This document shows positions 1 through 6,543 of a stretch of 32,000 bases of DNA, in pieces. Every line of letters begins with the position of its first letter. Within the stretch, counting starts at the first letter, position 1. This DNA comes from Methanosarcinales archaeon (GTDB lineage: Archaea > Halobacteriota > Methanosarcinia > Methanosarcinales > Methanocomedenaceae): NCBI GenBank assembly GCA_030600695.1, contig JAUVLO010000004.1, positions 1 through 32,000 of the forward strand, in the 5' to 3' direction. The position numbers and the translations under genes were made by a program. The notes under the pieces are model-generated. The model was not told the origin of the DNA. It saw only the letters and a program-made list of their open reading frames with translations, and did no database searches.

Positions 1-606
1 GAGACCATCGCATTATTTCATGACATCGGTCGCTTTGAACAATTCAGGACCTATGGCACTTTCAATGATAAGGTATCGGAAAACCACGCAACTCTCGGGC
101 TGAAGGTTTTAGAAGAAACAAACGTATTAAGCCGGCTCACAAAAACACAACGCTCCATCGCTTATAAAGCCATAGGCTATCACAATGTACGTAAACTTCC
201 CGAGCCAGCAGACGAAAACCCTGATTGTTTACTGTATTCAAAACTATTACGGGATGCGGATAAATTGGATATATGGAGGGTTGTGACAACTTATTATGCA
301 CAACGTCATGAGCATCGCAACACTGCATTGGAGCTTGAACTTCCTGATACACCTGAATATTCACTTTATCTTGTTGAAGATATCCTTAACAACCGGGTTT
401 CAAATTCCCATGCCCTGAAAACATATAATGATATGAAACTCATGCAACTGGGTTGGATATTTGACATTAATTTTGCCCGGACATTCCTTTACATTCAACA
501 AAGGCAGATCATTGAGAAAATCATTGCCACACTGCCCGATACTGAAGATATTCGAAAAATTCAAAACCACTTAAAAGAATATCTGGAAAAAAAAGGTAAT
601 TCCTGA
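1..606 (+). CDS. HD-domain metal-dependent phosphohydrolase; 5' end lies outside the window
   Basis: Frame 1 is open from base 1 (ETIALFHDIGRFEQF...HATLG...LLRDADKLDIW). The HD motif and downstream DADK motif are typical of the HD superfamily. Track ORF 265..606 is the same frame. TGA stop at 604-606. Confidence 0.75.
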   Translation, partial: ETIALFHDIGRFEQFRTYGTFNDKVSENHATLGLKVLEETNVLSRLTKTQRSIAYKAIGYHNVRKLPEPADENPDCLLYSKLLRDADKLDIWRVVTTYYAQRHEHRNTALELELPDTPEYSLYLVEDILNNRVSNSHALKTYNDMKLMQLGWIFDINFARTFLYIQQRQIIEKIIATLPDTEDIRKIQNHLKEYLEKKGNS

Positions 607-651
607 TCCCAAATATAAAAGGGACACTGTATCATATTTCAGTTTTGTTCA

Positions 652-763
652 CGTATAGGAAATTATAAACGCATTTCGATATCGATATAGTTAATTTTTA
701 TTGGTCTCAATCAAATCTTTTGACAGGATTTACAGGATTGGAACGTATCCTGTCAATCCTGTC
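652..763 (+). repeat. E1 repeat: conserved ~70-nt flank with the tcgatatcga palindrome, plus an ACAGGAT-unit hairpin (722-763)
   Basis: gtataggaaattataaacgcatttcgatatcgatatag...tcaatcaaatcttttgacaggatttacaggat-tggaacgt-atcctgtcaatcctgtc. An inverted copy lies at 11333-11469. Confidence 0.8.
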
Positions 764-814
764 TAAAATTTCCAATTTATTGAGATATGGATTTCACGTT
801 GCATCGTCTGTGCA

Positions 815-980
815 TATTGAATAGTCGCCGCCGCCAACAGTTGAAATATATATTCTGTGTAATTTTTAAGACGCATAGTACACAGAGACACACAGAGCGT
901 TTTTTCCCATACTCTGCGTACTTCTGCGCACTCTGCGGTTAATATCGAATTGATTCCAGGCCCTATTGGTTCTTTCAATC
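815..980 (-). repeat. A-type repeat, diverged copy A0, with a CGCAGAG-unit hairpin (881-938)
   Basis: Shares tgaatagt...gccgccgcc..gttgaaatatatat...hairpin...ttctttcaatc with copies A and B, but the hairpin units differ (cacagag/ctctgcg). Confidence 0.65.
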
Positions 981-981
981 A

Positions 982-1050
982 CCCTGCCACCGCAGCCCGC
1001 AAGGGCGGCAGTGTGGCAGCCAGCCTTATGGATTCGTGCGAGTTTGGAAC
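982..1050 (+). repeat. F repeat copy 1 (GC-rich imperfect hairpin module)
   Basis: ccctgccaccgcagcccgcaagggcggcagtgtggcagccagccttatggattcg...ttggaac. The second copy is at 5627-5695. Confidence 0.75.
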
Positions 1051-1175
1051 CGCAGATAAACGCGGATGAACGCAGATATTATAGCTAAAATTTGATTATA
1101 TTTAAATTTACACTGCATAATTATAATTAAAACCCACAATCGCCGTTATCTGTGTTCATCTGTGTTCATCTGTGG
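1050..1175 (+). repeat. Inverted 28-nt stuttered arms (CGCAGAT units) flanking a 70-nt AT-rich spacer
   Basis: Arms are ccgcagataaacgcggatgaacgcagat (1050-1077) and atctgtgttcatctgtgttcatctgtgg (1148-1175). By hand there are 23 Watson-Crick pairs, 4 G:T pairs and 1 mismatch. Confidence 0.8.
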
Positions 1176-1243
1176 TTAATACTGAAATAAATATAGTTGG
1201 CGTCCTTTCTGCACTAACCCACTCCTAAACTGATGCCTTCGTA

Positions 1244-1439
1244 CGGGTGCCCATGCGCTGAGTGTGGGGCACGGGAGTGAATAGTAGAGTGTGCTGCCAG
1301 CAGCGGCTATGGCTGTGAAAATATATAATTTATGAAATACTGTACAGCAAAGCACGCAAAGTAAAGGGCACAACGTCTTTGCGAACTTCGCGCTCTTTGC
1401 AGTGAAACACTTAACGGCACCCTTCAATCTGCATGCCTC
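1244..1439 (-). repeat. A-type repeat copy A, with a GCAAAG-unit hairpin (1347-1400)
   Basis: Near-identical to 2254-2469: cgggtgcccatgcgctgagtgtggggcacgggagtgaat...gaaaatatataatttatgaaatactg...gtctttgcgaacttcgcgctctttgc...gcacccttcaatctgc. Confidence 0.85.
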
Positions 1440-1605
1440 GGTGGTTAATATTGAAATGATTGCCAGCCACAGTCCCATTATATGCTCTCACGCCCCCCTC
1501 CTGTGCTGGTGCCTGGATGCGGGGCATATGCGCTGGACGCGTAGATTGGGATTTAATAATAGTGGGATCCCCCGCGCTAAAGCGTGCGTTGATCAGTAAA
1601 AAAAG

Positions 1606-1863
1606 TCAATAGACGTTTCCACGAACTCCGATATCTTCAATAATTACTGTATTTTTATCACTCTCTATTCTATAGACGATTCTATACTTCCCAACGCGCA
1701 AACGAAACTTGCCCGCCAATTCCCCTTTTAACATTTTAATGTTCTTACCGGAAGCAGGTTTTTCCAGTAATGTTTCAATTGCACGATTAATTCTCGCTGT
1801 ATTTTTATCATCGAGTTTGTTATAGAATTTAACAACTCGATCGTGAAGAAGGATTTCATACAT
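1606..1863 (-). CDS. Type II toxin, RelE/ParE family
   Basis: 85 aa with ...KMLKGELAGKFRLRVGKYRIVYRIESDKNTVIIEDIGVRGNVY, the characteristic RelE/ParE C-terminal pattern. It overlaps the upstream small ORF by 8 nt. An oligo-T run follows the stop on the minus strand. Confidence 0.8.
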   Translation of the reverse strand: MYEILLHDRVVKFYNKLDDKNTARINRAIETLLEKPASGKNIKMLKGELAGKFRLRVGKYRIVYRIESDKNTVIIEDIGVRGNVY

Positions 1864-2101
1864 GGCGTTTCACTTTGTTCCATGAAGTGAATTCCTGCAT
1901 TTTACCCATCTCCCATGCCTGATCAGCAGTTCTAATATTTCGCATTGACTCTTCATCAGCAAGAATTTCAAGGGTAGCATCAAGTTCTTCTTTTTGTTCG
2001 AGATATTCGATAAAATCGAGAACTACTTTTAATCTATCAGGTGATAAGACATCCAACTTTTCAATTGCTTTTCTTTTATAATTAACTACATGAACTGCCA
2101 T
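1856..2101 (-). CDS. Putative antitoxin partner of the RelE-family toxin
   Basis: 81-aa ORF translationally coupled to the toxin by a 4-codon-scale overlap, in the usual antitoxin-first order. No family signature recognised by eye. Confidence 0.6.
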   Translation of the reverse strand: MAVHVVNYKRKAIEKLDVLSPDRLKVVLDFIEYLEQKEELDATLEILADEESMRNIRTADQAWEMGKMQEFTSWNKVKRHV

Positions 2102-2253
2102 TATCTTGCCTCCTGTTATAGAAACTGAATTAATTAATATTAATACTATGCAATAGGTTGCCTCATAATCTCATTAAAGTGAGAACTTTGCCACCAACTT
2201 CCATTATGTACGATATATCTGCCCGACCATAGACGGTCTGGTTTGCCTCCCTG

Positions 2254-2469
2254 CGGGTGCCCATGCGCTGAGTGTGGGGCACGGGAGTGAATTGTGGAAT
2301 GTGCTGCCGGCGGCGGCCATGGCTGTTGAAATATATAATTTATGAAATACTGCACCGCAAAGCACGCAAAGGACGCAAAGTTAAGGTCACAACGTCTTTG
2401 CGAACTTCGCGCTCTTTGCGGTGAAACAATCAACAGCACCCTTCAATCTGCGTGTATCTGCATGCCTCT
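2254..2469 (-). repeat. A-type repeat copy B, with a GCAAAG-unit hairpin (2353-2423)
   Basis: Direct-orientation copy of 1244-1439 on the other side of the relE cassette. The hairpin has 3 units per arm: caccgcaaagcacgcaaaggacgcaaag / ctttgcgaacttcgcgctctttgcggtg. Confidence 0.85.
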
Positions 2470-2776
2470 GCGTTTTATGCTACCCAGCCTTGGCCCGTTC
2501 CCCCCACTTCTCCACTCTCCCGCCGCCCGTCATTCTGTATTTGTCCACATCTCAAAACATATAGATCAAGCTTAAATAGATTTATATATAATTCATACAT
2601 ATGAGTATAATGATGATTGTGGGCGGGTACAATTTTTATAACTAACCCCCACTCCCAAACCCCCGCTCACAAATTCATCATTTGTGGAACTAATGAAGTG
2701 GTGTTTTTTTAAACCATGGATTGTTGTGATATTCCTGATTGCCAACTTTAGTAAACCAGATAATGTCTATGTTGCA

Positions 2777-3661
2777 CTACACATCAAGAGAATTTATCTG
2801 TTTTGCAGCCTCAGTGAACATCTGGTCTCCAAAGTTCTCAATGTTAGAAACAGGTTGACCAGCATGTACATCAACCATTATGAAATATTCATCCTTCACA
2901 GTTTCTCCGTGATAACAATAAAGGTCGTCACTGATCGAAGCTATGTAATAATTACTGGACATTCCGCCAATGGGAAGGAAAGATGAATCTGAAAGTATAT
3001 CCCAATATATGTGTAATCCGTTACTGCGGCTGGGTCTTATTTCTGCAATTTGCTGGACATAACCCTTCCACAGCCAAAATGTGACATTTCCTTTAATAAG
3101 AGGAATAATATTCCACTGAGAAGAATAATAATCCAGGACCTGGTTTGCAGCCTCAGGACTTTCCATTTTATAAACTAAATATTCCACTTCAAAATTAGTT
3201 GAAGTACCGTTGCTTAAATATAAAACACCGACTTTATCAACCACCTGTGATTCGAATTGCCAGTTAGTCTCATCATTCATGGAGTCCATTCTGGTCGTAT
3301 CTAATTGTACCCGCCTCATCCCACTGATATTATCAGGGAAAAACCGGGCAAATTCCGGTTTAAGAACAGGTTCAGGTATATTACCGGTAAATAATACAGG
3401 CTGGATGTCAGTACTTATACCAGGTTGTATACCAGGAGGTGGCGGGCCTGTAGGATAATCTGCCTGATTGGTTCCGCCGCCGGATAGCAGGTATGCGATC
3501 ACCAGTAATAATCCGGCAATGATAGCTATGTATGGTAGATTGTTGGCCGGTCCTTTACTGCTATCTGTCTTTGCTGTCTTTGGAATCTGCTCACTGTGGT
3601 TATTCCGGGCAGTATCTTCTGTTTTTTTAGTACTTCGTTTCTTTTTAGCCAAAAATATCAC
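2777..3661 (-). CDS. Hypothetical membrane-anchored protein: basic N-terminus, one TM helix, Pro/Gly linker, globular C-terminal domain
   Basis: 294-aa ORF with hydrophobic segment LPYIAIIAGLLLVIAYLL followed by PTGPPPPGIQPG. Composition looks coding. The overlapping + strand ORFs look like shadows. Confidence 0.6.
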   Translation of the reverse strand: MIFLAKKKRSTKKTEDTARNNHSEQIPKTAKTDSSKGPANNLPYIAIIAGLLLVIAYLLSGGGTNQADYPTGPPPPGIQPGISTDIQPVLFTGNIPEPVLKPEFARFFPDNISGMRRVQLDTTRMDSMNDETNWQFESQVVDKVGVLYLSNGTSTNFEVEYLVYKMESPEAANQVLDYYSSQWNIIPLIKGNVTFWLWKGYVQQIAEIRPSRSNGLHIYWDILSDSSFLPIGGMSSNYYIASISDDLYCYHGETVKDEYFIMVDVHAGQPVSNIENFGDQMFTEAAKQINSLDV

Positions 3662-3689
3662 TTTTTTTCATTTGATAACGACATCATAA

Positions 3690-4484
3690 TTACACATTTA
3701 TTAATAAGAGTTTTGTGACAGCGAATATCAGGTCACCATACAAAACAGCTACAAAGAACCCAAGTGTAATGGGTATCATGAACGGCAGGCCCGGAGTAAC
3801 CCATACCCGCCTGTCAATCAGGCCCTCGGCAGCGAATCCTTCAAGTTCTTTAACAGTTTCCTCGTCGATACTTGCCCCCCCGCGCCTGAACTTTGTATAA
3901 AATTCACCCTCAAGGAGATAACATTCTTCGATCAACTTGATATGTCTGCCCAGCAAATTTGAAATGTCTGTCTTAAACCCAACAAAGAGATACGCTGGCC
4001 GTTTCATGATCTCGCCTGGTTTTAAGGTGAACAGGTTATAGAAAAACAGGAACAAGGGTACCACTACGGTCAGCAGGACAGAATTCCCAAATACACTAAA
4101 AGCGAAAAGATCGATAAGGGGCACGCCATTCAATGGCATCAGCACTCCGAACAGTTCAATTGTTGGGTAAACGGGTATAATAATAGCCAGGACGATCAGG
4201 CTCTTGGCATCGGCTCCTCCAAAAGCACCGAACTGGAATAAGATATAGACAAATACGAATATTACACCCGCTGAAAACAAAAGCCTGACCAGGGCAGGTA
4301 TCCCACCGTTTATAATATCATATGTAACAAAAATGAGGGCACCTGCCAGCATTACTTTCCAAAGCTGGTTAGATACACGCCTTGTCAGGATATCCGTATA
4401 GCAGGAATACAGTAAAAATGGAGTACAATACAGTATTTTCAACAAGTCAATAAAAACCATTGTATCTACCATTTTATTTTTCAA
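3690..4484 (-). CDS. Archaeal type IV prepilin/preflagellin peptidase (A24 aspartyl peptidase family)
   Basis: Polytopic membrane protein. An FGAFGGADAK motif (GxGDxK-type catalytic Asp) and an upstream Asp-containing loop fit the FlaK/PibD/EppA family. Confidence 0.75.
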   Translation of the reverse strand: MKNKMVDTMVFIDLLKILYCTPFLLYSCYTDILTRRVSNQLWKVMLAGALIFVTYDIINGGIPALVRLLFSAGVIFVFVYILFQFGAFGGADAKSLIVLAIIIPVYPTIELFGVLMPLNGVPLIDLFAFSVFGNSVLLTVVVPLFLFFYNLFTLKPGEIMKRPAYLFVGFKTDISNLLGRHIKLIEECYLLEGEFYTKFRRGGASIDEETVKELEGFAAEGLIDRRVWVTPGLPFMIPITLGFFVAVLYGDLIFAVTKLLLINV

Positions 4485-4836
4485 TTATATCAATTATATC
4501 TATAATACGCATCAGTGGGTAATCCAGTGATTGGTCGTATTTTAGTCCAACTGTTGCCGTTGTGCCGCCAAAAGTGATCCTGGCCTCCACGTCCAGCATC
4601 CGGCCTTCCAGTTCGCAGTACCTGAACTTCTCACCGGTCCTGCTGGCGACCATGTCCCTGTCTATCGTTACCAATATTTTTTCAACATAGGGCTGCACTG
4701 ATATGCTTTCCTGTATGGCCTGCTCCAGGCTGTCTACAGTACTTATATTTACCGGAGCGCCTGTGAACTGGTGATACAGGGCACCCAATTTGATGCCTGC
4801 CTCAAATAATGCGTTGTCCCTTTCACTTATAACCAT
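4474..4836 (-). CDS. mptD: Archaeal dihydroneopterin aldolase MptD-like (methanopterin/folate branch)
   Basis: MVISERDNALFEAGIKLGALYHQFTGAPV... matches my memory of the PF04038/MptD signature. I chose the ATG at 4836 because the track extension to 4971 runs into a non-coding repeat. The gene overlaps the peptidase gene by 11 nt. Confidence 0.6.
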   Translation of the reverse strand: MVISERDNALFEAGIKLGALYHQFTGAPVNISTVDSLEQAIQESISVQPYVEKILVTIDRDMVASRTGEKFRYCELEGRMLDVEARITFGGTTATVGLKYDQSLDYPLMRIIDIIDIIEK

Positions 4837-4947
4837 GGTTAGCAACTTACAAGTGAAAATATAAACCATTTGCTGTTTAATACCAGGCAGTGACATGGAT
4901 GGGTATCCGGCAGTCCGGGGGTGCAAAGTGGATGTTATGCTGGTTAG

Positions 4948-5098
4948 CTGCCGGGTGCCCATCTCGCTCAACTCCGCCCCCGGCCCCCTTGTTCACGGCA
5001 TACAGGGCGGGCTGGCAGGCGTTTTTGTGGTGCCTTGTGTATGCATGGGTGTCAGTGCCCGGACCTCATATTCTACTGTAGAACGATGGGGATTCATG
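4948..5098 (+). repeat. C-type repeat copy C
   Basis: ctgccgggtgcccatctcgct...gggctggcaggcg...tgcatgggtgtcagtgcccggacctca...acgatgggg. The partner copy is at 5726-5868. Confidence 0.7.
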
Positions 5099-5165
5099 TT
5101 CTGTTGGTTGGTGGGGGGGCAGATGTCGCCATATTTATATCTAAAAACAACTAATTAATTGCAAG

Positions 5166-5375
5166 GTGAAAATATTGATTTTTAAGGTAGTTCTGGAATT
5201 AGCTGAAGAGGGTGGCTATGTAGTATATGTACCTTCTCTTCCCGGATGTATTTCTGAAGGTGATAGTAAAGAAGAAGCACTAGAGAACATCAAAGAGGCT
5301 ATAGAACTATATTTGGAACCAACCGAAAATCCTGTTTTAGCTTACAGTGCCGAACTCGCTGAAGTTGCTGTCTAG
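5166..5375 (+). CDS. hicB: HicB-family antitoxin
   Basis: 69 aa with ...EEGGYVVYVPSLPGCISEGDSKEEALENIKEAIELYLE, a classic HicB N-terminal fold signature. GTG start, TAG stop. Confidence 0.8.
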   Translation: MKILIFKVVLELAEEGGYVVYVPSLPGCISEGDSKEEALENIKEAIELYLEPTENPVLAYSAELAEVAV

Positions 5376-5388
5376 GCAGGTATGCCAA

Positions 5389-5613
5389 ATGAAGTTACCA
5401 GTCGTTTCAGGCGAGAAGGCAATTAAGGCATTTTTAAATGCTGGTTTTGTAAAAGTCAGGCAGCGTGGAAGCCATGTAAGATTGGAAAAGATTGAAGGTA
5501 ATGATATAATTAAACTTACAGTTCCATTACATAATCCAATGAAGAAAGGGACTCTGAGCAGATTAATTAAAGATGCTGGTTTAACAATCGATGAATTTGT
5601 TAATCTGTTGTGA
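5389..5613 (+). CDS. hicA: HicA-family mRNA interferase toxin
   Basis: MKLPVVSGEKAIKAFLNAGFVKVRQRGSHVRLEK... is a typical HicA. The ATG at 5389 is in frame with track ORF 5347..5613. Confidence 0.8.
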   Translation: MKLPVVSGEKAIKAFLNAGFVKVRQRGSHVRLEKIEGNDIIKLTVPLHNPMKKGTLSRLIKDAGLTIDEFVNLL

Positions 5614-5626
5614 TTTTATACCCTAC

Positions 5627-5695
5627 CCCTGCCACCGCAGCCCTTCAGGGGCAGCAGGTGGCAGCCAACCTTGTTGATTCGAATAAGCCTTGAAC
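5627..5695 (+). repeat. F repeat copy 2
   Basis: ccctgccaccgcagcccttcaggggcagcaggtggcagccaaccttgttgattcgaataagccttgaac. Confidence 0.75.
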
Positions 5696-5725
5696 TTATT
5701 CCGCCCCCTCTATTCTTCGGCTTTC

Positions 5726-5868
5726 CTGCCGCCCATCTCGCTGCGCCCTACCCTGGCGTTCATCTGGCATGCAGAACGGGCTGGCTGGCGCTTTGCTTTA
5801 ATAGTGTCTCGTGGATGCATGGGTGTCAGTGTCCGGACCTCACTCTACCGTGGGACGATGAGTCTTGG
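5726..5868 (+). repeat. C-type repeat copy D
   Basis: ctgccgcccatctcgct...gggctggctggcg...tgcatgggtgtcagtgtccggacctca...acgatgag. Same orientation as copy C, with several indels (roughly 70-75 percent similarity by eye). Confidence 0.7.
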
Positions 5869-5940
5869 TCTAAGAAGTTCCGCAGTACTGGCAAACCCAT
5901 AGCATATGGTCGGAAAATAAGAGTATAACAAAATATTAAG

Positions 5941-6012
5941 TGCACCGACCGGGATTCGAACCCGGGTAGTGGGCTTGGAAGGCCCAAGTCATAGCCGCTA
6001 GACCATCGGTGC
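5941..6012 (-). tRNA. tRNA-Gly (anticodon UCC), no encoded CCA
   Basis: The reverse complement reads GCACCGA-TG-GTCT..GAC-T-TGGGC-CTTCCAA-GCCCA-CTAC-CCGGG-TTCGAAT-CCCGG-TCGGTGC-A. This gives a 7-bp acceptor stem, 5-bp anticodon stem, TCC at positions 34-36, and a canonical T arm. Confidence 0.9.
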
Positions 6013-6195
6013 GCAAGGGAATTGTACTTCCTGTATAGTCTTATTCGATTTAATTGTTGCGGATGTTTACATTATTTCCCTGGAATTTTGCATTTGAAAG
6101 ATTATTTACATGCCGCCGCCAGACAATAACCTCCTGCTCCCCTTGATTTTTCAAATAATCGTTGAAATTGATCAAATCCAAATATCAATCAGGTG

Positions 6196-6543
6196 CTACA
6201 CCAGTTTCAACTTGCCCACGACCTTGTCCAGTTTCTCAACAGGTCCGGGCCCGATACCCAGTACAGTAACGGTCCCAGGTGGTATCTGGGTAAGTCCGGC
6301 ATCAGTGATAAGGGCAGTAGACAGCCCTTCCCTGCGTGCCGACTCCTTCAACAGAAATAGGTCCTGCAGCGTGCCGGTCTTAAGTACGACCTTCTTCTGC
6401 CCGTCCTTCATCCAGGAATCACGTTCCTTCTTATCAGCAAAATCAGAGGCGGTTACGGCTGCATGTGCCACCTGTACAGCCAGCTTGCCTTTTGAAAGTT
6501 TAAGGTCATCACGGGTTACGATACACTGCTTGTATTCAGTCAT
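6196..6543 (-). CDS. pth2: Archaeal-type peptidyl-tRNA hydrolase (Pth2)
   Basis: MTEYKQCIVTRDDLKLSKGKLAVQVAHAAV...KVVLK...ITDAG.T.I..GT.TVLGIGP is the PTH2 family pattern. I prefer the start at 6543. Confidence 0.85.
   Translation of the reverse strand: MTEYKQCIVTRDDLKLSKGKLAVQVAHAAVTASDFADKKERDSWMKDGQKKVVLKTGTLQDLFLLKESARREGLSTALITDAGLTQIPPGTVTVLGIGPGPVEKLDKVVGKLKLV

Noticed and set aside
1050-1175. Chromosomal replication origin (oriC)
   Set aside because: No orc1/cdc6 gene is adjacent, there is only one small AT-rich core, and the arms belong to a dispersed hairpin family. I keep it only as a low-probability alternative in the findings.
1176-2575. ORFs 1176..1478, 1402..1599, 2146..2439 and 2342..2575 inside the A/B repeats
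   Set aside because: The two repeat copies differ by indels that change the reading frame, and their translations are unrelated. The conservation is at the DNA and structure level, so the region is non-coding.
2616-2700. Possible C/D-box sRNA (atgatga at about 2616)
   Set aside because: No matching D box (ctga) or C'/D' pair occurs at the right spacing, and there is no terminal stem.
2684-2986. 100-aa + strand ORF overlapping the 3' end of the 2777..3661 gene
   Set aside because: It mostly overlaps a better minus-strand gene. The remainder is AT-rich intergenic DNA, and no motif is present.
4837-5158. The N-terminal extension of the mptD ORF to 4971, and ORFs 4890..5081 and 4895..5158 (likewise 5671..5928 and 5690..5902)
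   Set aside because: These lie in the C/D repeat copies. Similarity between the copies jumps between frames, so they are not protein-coding. The mptD start is better placed at 4836.
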